Shown: positions 29,051-43,240, numbered from the stretch's first letter. The stretch: DNA of 64,000 nucleotides from Escherichia coli (GCF_022846255.1 NZ_AP025682.1); one strand, 5' to 3'. Translations and numbers: made by a program. The notes: generated by a model not told the origin, from the letters alone.

Positions 29051-30355
29051 TTAATGCAACTTCAAACGTGGACGGATAACGCGGTTAATACTCCCCACCA
29101 GCATCATTAATCCGGTTTTAAAGTAACCATGCAGCGCAATCTGGTGCATTCGGTACAGCGAGATGTATACAAAGCGCGCAATTCGTCCTTCAATCATCAT
29201 TGAGCCGCGTGTCAGGTTACCCATCAGGCTACCGACGGTGGAAAAGTTCGACAGCGATACCAGCGAACCGTGATCTTTATACTGATAATTTTTCAGCGGC
29301 TTACCGTTCATCTGCGCCAGAATGTTGTTCATTGCGCAGGTTGCCATCTGATGTGCGGCCTGAGCGCGCGGCGGAACAAAGCCCCCTTCCGGACGCGGGC
29401 ATGACGCGCAGTCGCCAATAGCGTATATGTCTGGATCGCGAGTGGTTTGCAGCGTCGGTTCCACCACCAGCTGGTTGATACGGTTGGTTTCAAGACCACC
29501 GATATCTTTCAGGAAGTCTGGCGCTTTGATCCCGGCTGCCCACACCATCAGATCAGCCTCAATATATTCGCCATCTTTAGTGTGCAGGCCGCCTTCATCA
29601 GCACTGGTGACCATGGTTTGCGTCAGCACGCGAACGCCAAGTTTCGTTAACTCACTATGGGCCGCAGCAGAGATACGTGGCGGCAATGCAGGCAAAATAC
29701 GTTCGCCCGCTTCTACCAGCGTTACGTTCAGGGCTTCGTTGGTCAGACCTTTATAACCGTAACTGTGCAGTTGCTTGACCGCGTTGTGCAATTCAGCGGA
29801 GAGTTCTACACCCGTCGCGCCGCCGCCGACAATCGCAATGTTTACTTTGCCATTCGCGCCCAGGTTGGCGGAGTATTTCAGGAACAGATTCAGCATCTCC
29901 TGGTGGAAGCGACGCGCCTGGTGCGGGTTATCGAGGAAAATGCAGTTCTCTTTGACACCTGGCGTATTGAAATCGTTGGAGGTGCTACCCAGCGCCATTA
30001 CCAGGGTGTCATAGGCGATTTTACGTTCCGGAACCAGCAATTCACCTTTTTCGTCGCGCAGTTCTGCAATAGTGATTGTTTTCGCTTCACGATCAATATC
30101 AATTACGGAACCCAGCTGGAACTGGAAACCATGATTGCGCGCATGGGCCAGATAGCTCAACGCATCGACGCCTTCATCAAGCGAGCCAGTCGCCACTTCG
30201 TGCAGCAGCGGTTTCCACAGGTGGCTGTGGTTACGATCGACCAGCGTAATTTTGGCTTTTTTCTTGCGTCCCAGCTTATGCCCCAGCTGTGTTGCCATTT
30301 CCAGCCCACCAGCACCGCCGCCGACAATCACAATTTTTTTCAATGGCGTAGTCAA
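29051..30355 (-). CDS. ndh: NADH:quinone oxidoreductase II (NDH-2)
   Basis: ORF 29051-30382; probable TTG start at 30355 ([17 protein letters not shown]...), 434 aa. Confidence 0.93.
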   Translation of the reverse strand: MTTPLKKIVIVGGGAGGLEMATQLGHKLGRKKKAKITLVDRNHSHLWKPLLHEVATGSLDEGVDALSYLAHARNHGFQFQLGSVIDIDREAKTITIAELRDEKGELLVPERKIAYDTLVMALGSTSNDFNTPGVKENCIFLDNPHQARRFHQEMLNLFLKYSANLGANGKVNIAIVGGGATGVELSAELHNAVKQLHSYGYKGLTNEALNVTLVEAGERILPALPPRISAAAHSELTKLGVRVLTQTMVTSADEGGLHTKDGEYIEADLMVWAAGIKAPDFLKDIGGLETNRINQLVVEPTLQTTRDPDIYAIGDCASCPRPEGGFVPPRAQAAHQMATCAMNNILAQMNGKPLKNYQYKDHGSLVSLSNFSTVGSLMGNLTRGSMMIEGRIARFVYISLYRMHQIALHGYFKTGLMMLVGSINRVIRPRLKLH

Positions 30356-30491
30356 CGTGACCCCCTTAAATTTATTAACCAATTGTTAATTAATGGTTAT
30401 TAACATAGCTCTTAATTAACAACAGGTTACAGCAATGAAAATGTTCTTCGCTATTGAGAATAACATGAACGGTGCATTGGTCATACCAAAA

Positions 30492-30505
30492 TTGATGTTA
30501 ATCAA
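30492..30505. promoter_or_regulatory. FNR-type site TTGAT-N4-ATCAA in the ndh upstream region
   Basis: Perfect ttgatgttaatcaa palindrome about 140 bp upstream of the ndh start; ndh is a known FNR-repressed gene. Confidence 0.55.
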
Positions 30506-30627
30506 GTTTTGTTGCTGAAAAGATAGGCGACTTTACCGGGTGAGATCAAAAAACAGAGTTTATTGTTTATTATTTGAGCGAATTTGTGAGAGTGATATAG
30601 AGTGAGGGGTGTATGGAGTGCGTTCGG

Positions 30628-30747
30628 TAGGCCTGATAAGAGGCGCATCAGGCATTGATGCTCGACTGTCGGATGCGGCGTGGACGCCTTATCCGACTTA
30701 CAGAATTCGGAGCGCATCAGGTACCGGCAAGGTTACCTGATGCGACG
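30628..30747. repeat. REP/BIME cluster (three palindromic units)
   Basis: gtaggcctgataagaggcgcatcaggc; gtcggatgcggcgtggacgccttatccgac; ggagcgcatcaggtaccggcaaggttacctgatgcgacg. Confidence 0.8.
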
Positions 30748-30754
30748 AGGGCAT

Positions 30755-31297
30755 TTACCCGAGGGTTTTGAACGCCTTAATGCGCTGCAAATGCGGGGAG
30801 ATATTCTTGAATTTGTGCGTCTGCTCTTCGTCCCAGACAATCTCGTAATAATGATGCAGCTCTTCAGATGTCCGCTGGCTGTTAAGCGCTTCATCATTAC
30901 GCGACAAAATCACCAAACAACGATCGCGATTCTTTTCGCGGAAGTTGGTCACACACTTAGTGGCAATATCGGCATACTCTTCCGGGCGATCAATCTTGCC
31001 TTCCATGTTCTCATAAGGGAACAAATTAGGGTTGAAGATCACCTGGCGGATATCGCAAAGAAAACCAATCCGTTCCGCCCAGTATCCGCCCAGACCAACG
31101 CCGCAAATCAGCGGACGCTCGTCGACGTTCAGTTGCAACATTTTGTCCACTTCTTTGAGCAGATGCTGCATATCATGTTTCGGATGCCGCGTACTGTAGC
31201 TTATCAAGCGTACATCCGGGTCAATAAACTGCAATTGTAAGACTTTCTCGTGGTTACCCGGACTGTTAGAGTCAAAACCGTGTAAATAGATAATCAT
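30755..31297 (-). CDS. ycfP: UPF0227 alpha/beta-hydrolase-fold protein YcfP
   Basis: ORF 30755-31354; start set at [18 protein letters not shown]..., 180 aa. Confidence 0.88.
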
Positions 31298-31319
31298 CGC
31301 TTCCTCACATAAGCCAGGG

Positions 31320-33160
<1,841 letters not shown>

Positions 33161-33180
<20 letters not shown>

Positions 33181-33802
33181 CTTTACCTGACCAGATAATT
33201 TCGCCCGTCTGCACCAGCATCAGCTGCATTTGTAGGGTCGGAGCGTTAACGTTGCCAGAGGCGCTGGAGTACAGCACGTAATGAGCGCCGACATTGCGGG
33301 CAATGCCTATGGCTTTACTACGGGTACCTAAACTGTCCTGCGGCGACAAACCTAACTGTTGCTTTGCCATCGACAGCTGCTGGGCGGAAACCAGGGTAAA
33401 TTTACCGTTATTAGCCAGCGCATTTCGCAGCGTTTCGGTCGCTTCTGCGGCATTCAGCGAACCGTTAGTACGGTTGTTAACGCTATCAACCAGCAGGACG
33501 CTACCCGCAGTCACGCCGTCAGCCCCAAGCATCTTACTGACCATCGGCTGCATTGCGCCATTCCAGTCATAATGGCGAATATGCGGCGCAGGCGGTGCAG
33601 TTTGATCTTCGTGCTCAATTGGGCCTGGCTGCTGCGGGATTGTCGGCACCGATGGCACTGTGGGGACAGGCTGTTGCGGCTCGGCTGGTTGTTCCGGCGC
33701 TGGTTTCACTTCTTCTACCGGCGCAGGTTCACGTTGCCCCACACACCCGGCGAGAAACATCGCCAGCGCGGTAATCAAGGCGTAGCGACTCATTTTTGTC
33801 AT
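33161..33802 (-). CDS. lpoB: outer-membrane lipoprotein activator of PBP1B
   Basis: 213 aa, lipobox LAGC, Pro/Gln-rich linker; overlaps the thiK start by 20 nt. Confidence 0.92.
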
Positions 33803-33815
33803 CAAGATTCACCCC

Positions 33816-34193
33816 TTACAAATATAGATAAAGTCTGACTTTGTGCGCCCCCAGAAAATTGGCGCTGCCGTACAGCGTTACCGCCGAATGTGCGGGAAGG
33901 GTAACGCTGCGTGGCCTTTCCAGAGGATGCATCTCCAGCCCTCTGGCGTCATACCAGTAAAAACGATAATGAACGGTAACGGGTTCTTGCCTTTCGTTAT
34001 AAAGCGTTGAGGATGCTGAAGGTTGAATATCAGACGTCGAAAGGACGGGCTTTTCTGCACTGATGCCCGCAGCCAATAAAGATGACTCCATCACCAGCGA
34101 TTGCTCATCATTCACCGGAATTTCCGGATGTGAACGACAGCCCACCAGCACTAACAACGCCAGAGACACCAGCCCAAAGCATCCTTTTCTCAT
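33816..34193 (-). CDS. ycfL: lipoprotein YcfL (DUF1425)
   Basis: 125 aa, lipobox LVGC. Confidence 0.88.
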   Translation of the reverse strand: MRKGCFGLVSLALLVLVGCRSHPEIPVNDEQSLVMESSLLAAGISAEKPVLSTSDIQPSASSTLYNERQEPVTVHYRFYWYDARGLEMHPLERPRSVTLPAHSAVTLYGSANFLGAHKVRLYLYL

Positions 34194-34195
34194 CG

Positions 34196-34555
34196 TTACA
34201 GACCTTTATGCGCCAGCATTGGTCCCAGCGGACGGCCACCCAACAAGTGCATATGGATGTGGTAAACCTCTTGTCCGCCATGGCGGTTGGTGTTCATGAT
34301 CAGACGATAGCCATCTTCGGCAATACCTTCTTGCTCAGCAATTTTTGCCGCTACGGTGATCATGCGTCCCAGCGCCTGCTCATGCTCAGCTGACACGTCG
34401 TTCACAGTCGGAATGAGGATATTCGGAATGATCAGAATATGCGTTGGCGCTTGCGGCGAAATATCGCGAAACGCCGTTACCAGATCATCCTGGTAGACGA
34501 TATCGGAGGGGATCTCACGACGAATAATTTTGCTGAATATAGTTTCTTCTGCCAC
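34196..34555 (-). CDS. hinT: purine nucleoside phosphoramidase (HIT family)
   Basis: ORF 34196-34573; probable GTG start at 34555 ([16 protein letters not shown]...), HIT motif HIHMHLL, 119 aa. Confidence 0.9.
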   Translation of the reverse strand: MAEETIFSKIIRREIPSDIVYQDDLVTAFRDISPQAPTHILIIPNILIPTVNDVSAEHEQALGRMITVAAKIAEQEGIAEDGYRLIMNTNRHGGQEVYHIHMHLLGGRPLGPMLAHKGL

Positions 34556-34888
34556 GACATTTTCCTTTTTCAAATAGCCATGCGTTGCGCCATGCTACGC
34601 CGCGCCACACTGCGAGTATAGAGTATGGTCGAGTTAAACCTGCTCTTTCAACCTTAACTCACGATTTCTTAAGCAAAAAATCGTTTTGCTGCCGTATATA
34701 TCGCCATTATTCCCATTTCTGCCTGCGAATGCGCTGAAAAGACATTCTCTGTTTGGTTTACACGTCAAATATGAATGCGTATATTTCTCATTTGCATTTA
34801 CATGCAAAATTATTCGCACACTAAATATAACCGCTCATCACCCTCCTCCGGCATGAGCCTGACGACAACATAAACCAAGAGATTTCAG

Positions 34889-37078
34889 ATGCTTTCAACA
34901 CAATTTAACAGGGATAATCAATATCAAACCACCTCCAAACCGTCACTGCTTGCCGCCTGCATAGCACTGGCACTCTTACCTTCCGCCGCTTTTGCTGCAC
35001 CAGCCACTGAAGAAACGGTGATTGTTGAGGGTTCAGCCACTACTCCAGTTGATGACGAAAATGATTACAGCGTAACGTCTACGTCTGCGGGTACCAAAAT
35101 GCAGATGACTCAACGTGATATTCCTCAGTCGGTCACTATTGTTAGTCAGCAGCGGATGGAAGATCAGCAGTTACAAACGCTGGGCGAAGTGATGGAAAAC
35201 ACGCTGGGGATCAGCAAAAGCCAGGCGGATTCCGATCGTGCTCTTTATTATTCCCGCGGATTCCAGATCGATAACTATATGGTTGATGGTATCCCCACCT
35301 ATTTTGAATCGCGCTGGAATCTGGGCGACGCACTTTCTGATATGGCACTGTTTGAACGCGTAGAAGTAGTGCGTGGCGCGACAGGACTCATGACCGGGAC
35401 GGGTAATCCATCTGCGGCAATTAATATGGTTCGAAAACACGCGACCAGTCGTGAATTTAAAGGCGATGTCTCGGCGGAATACGGTAGCTGGAACAAAGAA
35501 CGGTATGTGGCGGATTTACAAAGCCCACTCACCGAAGATGGTACAATCCGCGCACGAATTGTCGGCGGCTACCAGAATAACGACTCATGGCTGGACCGCT
35601 ACAACAGTGAAAAGACCTTCTTCTCCGGCATTGTCGATGCTGATTTAGGCGATCTTACGATGCTTTCAGCCGGTTACGAATATCAGCGTATTGATGTTAA
35701 TAGCCCAACCTGGGGCGGTTTACCGCGCTGGAATACTGATGGCAGCAGCAACAGTTACGATCGCGCACGCAGTACCGCACCTGACTGGGCGTACAACGAT
35801 AAAGAGATCAACAAGGTCTTTATGACCCTGAAGCAGCGGTTTGCTGATACCTGGCAAGCGACGCTGAATGCCACCCACTCTGAAGTCGAATTTGACAGCA
35901 AAATGATGTATGTCGATGCCTATGTAAACAAAGCGGATGGTATGCTGGTTGGGCCATACAGTAATTATGGCCCTGGTTTTGATTATGTCGGAGGCACCGG
36001 TTGGAACAGCGGCAAACGTAAAGTTGATGCGCTGGATCTGTTCGCTGACGGTAGTTATGAATTGTTTGGTCGTCAGCACAATTTAATGTTTGGTGGCAGT
36101 TACAGCAAACAAAACAATCGTTACTTCAGTTCATGGGCCAACATTTTCCCGGATGAAATTGGCAGTTTCTACAACTTTAATGGCAATTTCCCACAAACCG
36201 ACTGGTCACCACAGAGCCTGGCGCAGGACGATACCACACATATGAAATCGTTATATGCTGCCACTCGTGTCACCCTTGCCGATCCGCTGCATCTGATCCT
36301 CGGCGCACGTTATACCAACTGGCGAGTTGATACGCTGACTTACAGCATGGAGAAAAACCACACCACGCCTTATGCTGGACTGGTGTTTGACATCAATGAT
36401 AACTGGTCGACCTACGCCAGCTATACCTCTATTTTCCAGCCGCAAAATGATCGTGACAGTTCAGGCAAATATCTGGCTCCAATCACCGGTAACAACTACG
36501 AGCTGGGTCTGAAATCGGACTGGATGAATAGCCGTCTGACCACCACGTTAGCCATCTTCCGTATTGAGCAGGATAATGTCGCTCAGTCCACCGGTACACC
36601 TATCCCCGGCAGCAACGGCGAAACCGCCTATAAAGCGGTGGATGGGACAGTCAGTAAAGGTGTGGAATTTGAACTCAACGGCGCAATTACCGACAACTGG
36701 CAGCTGACGTTTGGCGCAACGCGCTATATTGCAGAAGATAACGAAGGAAACGCCGTTAATCCTAATCTGCCACGCACCACGGTTAAAATGTTCACCAGCT
36801 ACCGGTTGCCTGTCATGCCAGAGTTGACGGTCGGCGGTGGTGTTAACTGGCAAAATCGCGTGTATACCGACACCGTGACACCGTATGGCACCTTCCGCGC
36901 CGAGCAAGGTAGCTACGCGCTGGTGGATCTCTTCACCCGCTACCAGGTGACGAAAAACTTCTCGTTACAGGGGAACGTCAATAACCTGTTCGACAAAACC
37001 TACGATACCAACGTGGAAGGTTCTATCGTCTACGGCGCACCGCGTAATTTCAGCATTACCGGCACGTATCAATTCTGA
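34889..37078 (+). CDS. fhuE: TonB-dependent ferric coprogen/rhodotorulic acid receptor
   Basis: 729 aa, signal peptide, TonB-dependent receptor, terminal aromatic residue. Confidence 0.93.
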   Translation: MLSTQFNRDNQYQTTSKPSLLAACIALALLPSAAFAAPATEETVIVEGSATTPVDDENDYSVTSTSAGTKMQMTQRDIPQSVTIVSQQRMEDQQLQTLGEVMENTLGISKSQADSDRALYYSRGFQIDNYMVDGIPTYFESRWNLGDALSDMALFERVEVVRGATGLMTGTGNPSAAINMVRKHATSREFKGDVSAEYGSWNKERYVADLQSPLTEDGTIRARIVGGYQNNDSWLDRYNSEKTFFSGIVDADLGDLTMLSAGYEYQRIDVNSPTWGGLPRWNTDGSSNSYDRARSTAPDWAYNDKEINKVFMTLKQRFADTWQATLNATHSEVEFDSKMMYVDAYVNKADGMLVGPYSNYGPGFDYVGGTGWNSGKRKVDALDLFADGSYELFGRQHNLMFGGSYSKQNNRYFSSWANIFPDEIGSFYNFNGNFPQTDWSPQSLAQDDTTHMKSLYAATRVTLADPLHLILGARYTNWRVDTLTYSMEKNHTTPYAGLVFDINDNWSTYASYTSIFQPQNDRDSSGKYLAPITGNNYELGLKSDWMNSRLTTTLAIFRIEQDNVAQSTGTPIPGSNGETAYKAVDGTVSKGVEFELNGAITDNWQLTFGATRYIAEDNEGNAVNPNLPRTTVKMFTSYRLPVMPELTVGGGVNWQNRVYTDTVTPYGTFRAEQGSYALVDLFTRYQVTKNFSLQGNVNNLFDKTYDTNVEGSIVYGAPRNFSITGTYQF

Positions 37079-37087
37079 ATAACACCT

Positions 37088-37113
37088 GTAAAAAAGGCAG
37101 CCATCTGGCTGCC
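37088..37113 (-). terminator. rho-independent terminator of ptsG
   Basis: ggcagccatctggctgcc hairpin; T-tract on the minus strand. Confidence 0.75.
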
Positions 37114-37137
37114 TTAGTCTCCCCAACGTCTTACGGA

Positions 37138-38571
37138 TTAGTGGTTACGGATGTACTCATCCATCTCGGTTTTCAGGTTATCGGATTTAGTACCGAAAAT
37201 CGCCTGAACACCAGAACCAGCAACCACTACGCCCGCTGCGCCCAGTTTCTTCAGGCCAGCCTGATCCACTTTAGACACATCAGCAACGCTGACGCGCAGA
37301 CGGGTAATACATGCGTCGAGGTTAGTAATGTTTTCTTTACCACCAAATGCAGCAACCAGAGCCGGTGCCATTTCGCTGGTACCTGTCGCTTTTGCATCTT
37401 CAGTCGCATCTTCACGACCCGGCGTTTTCAGATCCAGTGCTTTAATCAGCACGCGGAAGATGGTGTAGTAAACAATGGCATAACCGATACCGACGATCGG
37501 GAACAGCCACAGTTTGCTGCTGTTACCAGACAGAACGATGAAGTCGATCAGACCGTGCGAGAACGACGTACCGTCACGCATCCCCAGAAGAATACAGATT
37601 GGGAATGCCAGGCCTGCCAGAATCGCGTGGATGATGTACAGGATCGGCGCAACGAACATGAAGGAGAACTCGATCGGCTCGGTGATACCGGTCAGGAACG
37701 AGGTCAGCGCCGCGGAGATCATAATACCGCCCACTTTCGCGCGGTTTTCTGGTTTAGCAGAGTGCCAGATAGCAATTGCGGCAGCTGGCAGACCGTACAT
37801 TTTGAACAGGAAGCCACCAGACAGTTTACCCGCAGTCGGGTCACCCGCCATATAACGCGGAATGTCGCCGTGGAAAACCTGACCTGCTGCGTTGGTGTAT
37901 TCACCAATCTGCATCTGGAAAGGTACGTTCCAGATGTGGTGCAGACCAAACGGTACCAGGCAACGTTCGATGAAACCGTAAATGCCAAACGCAACTACCG
38001 GGTTCTGGTAAGCAGCCCACTGAGAGAAGGTCTGGATTGCAGAACCAATCGGCGGCCAAATGAAGGACAGCACAACGCCAGTAAAGATAGCAGCCAGGCC
38101 TGAAATGATCGGCACAAAGCGTTTACCGGCAAAGAAGCCAAGATACTCAGGCAGCTTAATACGGTAGAAACGGTTAAACATATACGCTGCAATCGCACCG
38201 GAGATAATCCCTCCGAGTACGCCAGTATCCGCCAGGTGTTTAGAGGCGATTTCTTCAGCAGGTAAATGCAGTACCAGTGGCGCAACCACGGCCATGGTTT
38301 TAACCATGATGCCATAGGCAACAACTGCGGCCAGCGCGGATACGCCATCGTTATTGGTAAAGCCGAGGGCGACACCGATCGCAAAAATCAGTGGCATGTT
38401 TGCAAAGACGGAACCGCCTGCTTCTGCCATAACATGCGATACAACGGCGGGCAGCCAGCTGAAATTCGCGGAACCGACGCCCAGCAGAATACCTGCGATA
38501 GGCAGTACGGATACCGGCAGCATCAGCGATTTACCGACCTTTTGCAGGTTAGCAAATGCATTCTTAAACAT
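37138..38571 (-). CDS. ptsG: PTS glucose-specific EIICB component
   Basis: 477 aa, full-length PtsG-like. Confidence 0.95.
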
Positions 38572-38865
38572 AATTGAGAGTGCTCCTGAGTATGGGTGCT
38601 TTTTTTACGTTCTCACGCGTGGCAAGGGGGGAGTGCCTCGCCGTGTACAGGGCATCTAAGCGCCCTTTATTTATTACACAGAGTAAAATAATTCAGTGCC
38701 GATTTGTTTGACGGCTATCACGTTTCAACTTCAGATCATTGGAGAAGTTGCACATTTTGACAAAACATATGTCACAATATTTCAAACGTGGTTATTCACC
38801 GCCCGATTTTCGGCGGTGAACTTTACTCGTTTTAGCCATTAATTACGAGCTTTAAAAAAACTCAT

Positions 38866-39663
38866 TCAACGGATGGATTGAAGGCGGGAAGCGTCGATGT
38901 GAAACAGACGGGCGAAGTTATCGGTGGTTACCTGCGCCAGTTCTTCAACGGCAACACCTTTCAACACAGCCATGTATTCTGCAACGTCACGAACCATCGC
39001 AGGTTGATTCTCTTTTCCTCGATGCGGTACTGGCGCAAGGTAAGGTGAGTCAGTTTCCACCAGTAACCGATCCAGGGGGACATAACGCGCAGCATCGCGC
39101 AGTTGCTCCGCATTACGGAAGGTCACAATGCCGGAAAAGGAGATGTAAAATCCGAGATCCAGTAATTTGCCCGCCGTTTCTCTGTCCTCTGTAAAACAGT
39201 GTAGTACGCCACCGCAATCCGTCACTTTTTCTTCGCGCAGAATTGCCAGCGTATCGGCGCGGGCGTCACGGGTGTGGACGATAACCGGCTTGTTCAGTTC
39301 ACGACCAATCTGGATATGATGGATGAAGGACTCTTGCTGACGTACTTTAGTTTCCGGCGTGTAATAATAATCCAGCCCGGTTTCACCCAGCGCTACAACG
39401 CCCTCTTCTGCCGCCAGACGACGTAAATCTTCTACATCGTAGGGATCATTCTGGTTGAGTGGATGCACGCCACAAGAAAATACGACGTTGTCGCGTTCGC
39501 CTACCAGATCCCGCATGTGTAAATAACCCGGTAATGTTGTGGCGACTGCCAGACAAAATTTCACATCGCGTGCGGCGGCTTTCGCCAGAACGTCATCCAC
39601 GTCCTTATGCAAAGATTCATAATCCAGACCATCGAGATGGCAGTGTGAGTCGACTAAAAACAT
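38866..39663 (-). CDS. ycfH: TatD-family metal-dependent nuclease YcfH
   Basis: ORF 38866-39723; start set at [11 protein letters not shown]..., 265 aa. Confidence 0.9.
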
Positions 39664-39673
39664 GATGTCTCTC

Positions 39674-40678
39674 TTAAAGATGAGGAACCGGTAGCACAAC
39701 GCCCGGTTGCAGGTAATGCTCAATACGCAGTAAAAGATCGGTGATGAGAAGCTCGCGGTTGATGCCTGTGACAGACATTAACTGTTCACGAATGTGGCAA
39801 ACATCCCCCAGTATAGCCTGCAGGCGCGAGGGAGAAAGATGGTTTGCCAGTTCGACGACCAGGCCCGGCACATCAACATTGGTCACCTGCGCAGCGCCAT
39901 GATGGCGTTTTAGCGCATCCATCAGCAACGTTGCCAGCCAGTGTAAACGTGCCGGAGCTTGTTCATGATTAAGGGCCGCTAGCAGCGAATACCAGTCGCC
40001 CGATTGCACGCTATATGCCAGCGCCTGACACAATGTTTCACGAGCCTGCCAGTTATCTCCCTGAAACAACGCCAGTGCCGCCCCAGGCGAACCGGCGCTT
40101 AAGCGCAATGCGGCAAGTAGTGCAGCCTGTGACATTGTCACTTCGCGTGAAAGCCAGGTCACGGCGTACTGTTCCGGCGGCGGCGCAAGGTAATGTAACC
40201 GACAACGACTACGTAATGTTGCCAGTAAACGTTCTGGCTCGCGGGTAGCAAGGAAAAACCACGTCTCTGCTGGTGGCTCTTCAAGCGTTTTCAGCAATGC
40301 GTTAGCCGCGGCGTCGGTTAGTAAGGCAGCATCGGTTACCCAGACAACTTTCGCACCACCTAAGCGTGCGTGCTCATTCAGCTTTTCGGTGACCTCACGT
40401 ACCGCATCAATGCCCAGCGCATTTTTCCCTTTTTCGGGAGCCAGGGTGTAGTAATCGGGATGTGTGCCAGCCTGCATCAACTGACATCCACGACAGTGAC
40501 CGCAACTTTTGTGGCCCTGCGGTTGTTGGCAGAGTAAATAACGGCTCAGGGCATAGATTAAAGCATCATCGCCCATGCCCGGTAACGCCTGAATGAGTAG
40601 CGCATGGTGACCTCTTCTGGCCTGATAGCTGGCTACCAGTTTTTCGAAATCAGGTCGTAACCATGGATACCATCTCAT
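39674..40678 (-). CDS. holB: DNA polymerase III delta-prime subunit
   Basis: 334 aa, HolB-like. Confidence 0.93.
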   Translation of the reverse strand: MRWYPWLRPDFEKLVASYQARRGHHALLIQALPGMGDDALIYALSRYLLCQQPQGHKSCGHCRGCQLMQAGTHPDYYTLAPEKGKNALGIDAVREVTEKLNEHARLGGAKVVWVTDAALLTDAAANALLKTLEEPPAETWFFLATREPERLLATLRSRCRLHYLAPPPEQYAVTWLSREVTMSQAALLAALRLSAGSPGAALALFQGDNWQARETLCQALAYSVQSGDWYSLLAALNHEQAPARLHWLATLLMDALKRHHGAAQVTNVDVPGLVVELANHLSPSRLQAILGDVCHIREQLMSVTGINRELLITDLLLRIEHYLQPGVVLPVPHL

Positions 40679-41316
40679 GCGTCCAACTCCTTCACCCAGT
40701 TGGTCACGGTAGTGCGGATTGCATCCATCACGGCCTCCAGCGGCTGGGTGGCATCAATGGTATGAATGCTTTTATCTTGTGCTGCCAGTTCCAGATAGCG
40801 GGCGCGGGTGCGATTAAAGAAATCGAATGACTCTTGCTCAATACGATCCAGCTCACCACGGGCGCGAGCACGTTTTAAGCCGACCTCTGGGGTGACATCA
40901 AGATAAAGCGTTAAGTCAGGGCGAAAATCCCCGAGAACAGCATCACGCAGTGTTGCCAGCATATGTTGGTCAATACCTCGTCCTCCACCCTGATAGGCTT
41001 GAGTAGAGAGATCGTGGCGATCGCCAATCACCCAGGTGCCGTTAGCCAGCGCAGGTTTGATGACCGTTTCTACCAGTTGAACGCGCGCGGCATAAAACAT
41101 CAGAACTTCGGCTTTATCGGTAATGACTTCATCGCCTACCGATTTGATATCCAGCACCAGGCTTCTTAACTTTTCGGCAAGTTGCGTACCGCCAGGTTCC
41201 CGAGTGAAAACCATGTCGCGGATACCCAGTTGCTCAAGCGTCTCAACCACCACGTTACGCGCGGTAGTTTTGCCTGCGCCTTCCAGCCCCTCAATGACGA
41301 TATACTTACTGCGCAT
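40675..41316 (-). CDS. tmk: thymidylate kinase
   Basis: 213 aa, P-loop GLEGAGKTT; 4-nt overlap with holB. Confidence 0.95.
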   Translation of the reverse strand: MRSKYIVIEGLEGAGKTTARNVVVETLEQLGIRDMVFTREPGGTQLAEKLRSLVLDIKSVGDEVITDKAEVLMFYAARVQLVETVIKPALANGTWVIGDRHDLSTQAYQGGGRGIDQHMLATLRDAVLGDFRPDLTLYLDVTPEVGLKRARARGELDRIEQESFDFFNRTRARYLELAAQDKSIHTIDATQPLEAVMDAIRTTVTNWVKELDA

Positions 41317-42328
41317 TTTTTTCCTTAAGCACTTTCAGATAATCCTGCACAGACTTGTTATGACTGGCAAGATTGGTATTAAACGTGTGACCACCTTTAC
41401 CATCGGCCACAAAATAGAGATACGGCGTTTTTGCCGGATGCGCAGCAGCCTTCAGCGAATCCGCCCCCGGCGTAGCTATTGCACCTGGCGGCAAACCGGT
41501 AATGGTATAGGTGTTATACGCTGTCGGCGTTTCCAGGTCTGCACGAGAAAGTTTGCCATTATAACGCTCTCCCATCCCGTAAATCACGGTCGGGTCGGTC
41601 TGCAGGCGCATACCAATGCGTAACCGGTTGATAAATACTGAGGCAACCTGATCGCGTTCACTGGCAACGGCGGTTTCTTTTTCGATAATTGATGCCATCG
41701 TCACCAACTGGTTTTTATCTTTATAAGGCAGACCGTCCGCACGCCCTTCCCAGGCGCTATCGACCGCTTTCACCATTTTCTTGTGCGCTCGCTTGAGTAA
41801 CGCGACATCGGTGGTATTGGCGGTATACATCCAGGTGTCTGGCCAGAACCAACCTTCAATCCACTCCGGGTTTTCCAGTTCAAGTGCCTGCGCTACGGTG
41901 GCGTACTTATCGTCGCTCAGCGTGTGCTTGATATACGGAGCCTCACGCAATTGCTTGAGGTAGTCGCTCAGACGCATCCCTTCTACCAGTCGCAGCGGGA
42001 ACTGTGCTTCTTTACCGCTTTCCAACAATTTCAGCATCTCGCGCACGGTCATCTGCGGTGTAAAGCGGTAAGTCCCGGCTTTAAAGTGAGAAAGATCCGG
42101 TTCGATACGCAGCAACCATTGAAAAACCCGTGGGCGATTGATGATCTTATCGGCATAAAGCTGTTCACCTAGCGCCAGACGTCCGGTCCCTGGCTTAAGG
42201 GTAAATATCGTCTCTTCTTTGATAAGCAATTTGCTGTCGGCAAGATGGCGAACCTTCCAGACGCCCACACCAGCGGCGATACACAGTACCACCAGCAATA
42301 ACAAGATTATCAATAACACTTTTTTCAT
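41306..42328 (-). CDS. mltG: endolytic murein transglycosylase (YceG family)
   Basis: 340 aa, N-terminal membrane anchor; 11-nt overlap with tmk. Confidence 0.92.
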   Translation of the reverse strand: MKKVLLIILLLLVVLCIAAGVGVWKVRHLADSKLLIKEETIFTLKPGTGRLALGEQLYADKIINRPRVFQWLLRIEPDLSHFKAGTYRFTPQMTVREMLKLLESGKEAQFPLRLVEGMRLSDYLKQLREAPYIKHTLSDDKYATVAQALELENPEWIEGWFWPDTWMYTANTTDVALLKRAHKKMVKAVDSAWEGRADGLPYKDKNQLVTMASIIEKETAVASERDQVASVFINRLRIGMRLQTDPTVIYGMGERYNGKLSRADLETPTAYNTYTITGLPPGAIATPGADSLKAAAHPAKTPYLYFVADGKGGHTFNTNLASHNKSVQDYLKVLKEKNAQ

Positions 42329-42330
42329 GA

Positions 42331-43140
42331 CTAATTCGGGCGCTCACAAAGTGGGGCTAAATATTCATATAACGTTGCTGACGAAAAGGAGACATCGCCA
42401 CAGGCACGTACGGGCATCACTGGCATTAACGCATTACAAATAACCATCTCATCTGCCTGCAACGCCTCTTCCAGAGAGGCTTGCACTTCGACAAGCTGAT
42501 AAGAGGATTGTGCCAGCAAACGGATACAGAATTGTCGCATAATGCCGTTAACACCTGCCTGATCCAGTCGCGGCGTATAAACTACGTTGCCCTTCCGCCA
42601 GAACAAATTAGCCGCACAGCATTCCGTAACCCACCCTTCGCTGTCAAGGACCAGCGCCTCATCAGCGTTTGTCTGCTCAAGATGAGAGCGGATCAATACT
42701 TGCTCAAGCCGATTAAGATGTTTAATACCTGCAAGATGAGGATTGCGCCCCAGCCGCACCGGGCTTAGCGCCAACGTCATCCCTTCGTTACGCAAACGGT
42801 CGTAATGTGCAGGATAAGCCGTAACGGAGAGAATCCGCGTTGCCGGTCCACTGTTCAATGTGCTGTACCCTCGCCCGCCACTACCGCGACTGATCACCAC
42901 TTTCAGCACACCATTTTGCTGTTCTGCTGCCAGCGTTTTCATCTCTAGTTCAAGCTGAGGCCAGAAGTCACAGGAAATCATCAACCGCTGACAAGCATCC
43001 TGTAGTCGCTGGATATGCGCCGATAACAAACTGACTTTACCGTCGATAACTCTGGCGGTGGTAAAACAACCATCACCAAACTGCGTTGCCCGATCGCTTA
43101 CTGCCAGCGATTCCTGCTTATGACCGTTAATTAAGAACAT
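42331..43140 (-). CDS. pabC: aminodeoxychorismate lyase
   Basis: 269 aa class IV aminotransferase fold. Confidence 0.92.
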   Translation of the reverse strand: MFLINGHKQESLAVSDRATQFGDGCFTTARVIDGKVSLLSAHIQRLQDACQRLMISCDFWPQLELEMKTLAAEQQNGVLKVVISRGSGGRGYSTLNSGPATRILSVTAYPAHYDRLRNEGMTLALSPVRLGRNPHLAGIKHLNRLEQVLIRSHLEQTNADEALVLDSEGWVTECCAANLFWRKGNVVYTPRLDQAGVNGIMRQFCIRLLAQSSYQLVEVQASLEEALQADEMVICNALMPVMPVRACGDVSFSSATLYEYLAPLCERPN

Positions 43141-43212
43141 ACCGGCTCCTTATCAGAGAATTGTTAGTGTGGCAGCATGTTCACTACGGAACAAGTCGGA
43201 ATAAAAGCTAAG

Positions 43213-43240
43213 AAAAAAGGCCCGCAAGCGGACCTTTTAT
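43213..43240 (-). terminator. rho-independent terminator of fabF
   Basis: aaaaaaggcccgcaagcggaccttttat; hairpin plus T-tract on the minus strand. Confidence 0.65.

Noticed and set aside
37141-38103. 320-aa plus-strand ORF antisense to ptsG (similar cases antisense to ndh at 29657-30403 and to fabD/fabH at 46197-47078)
   Set aside because: Antisense shadows of well-supported genes; no RBS or domain signal.
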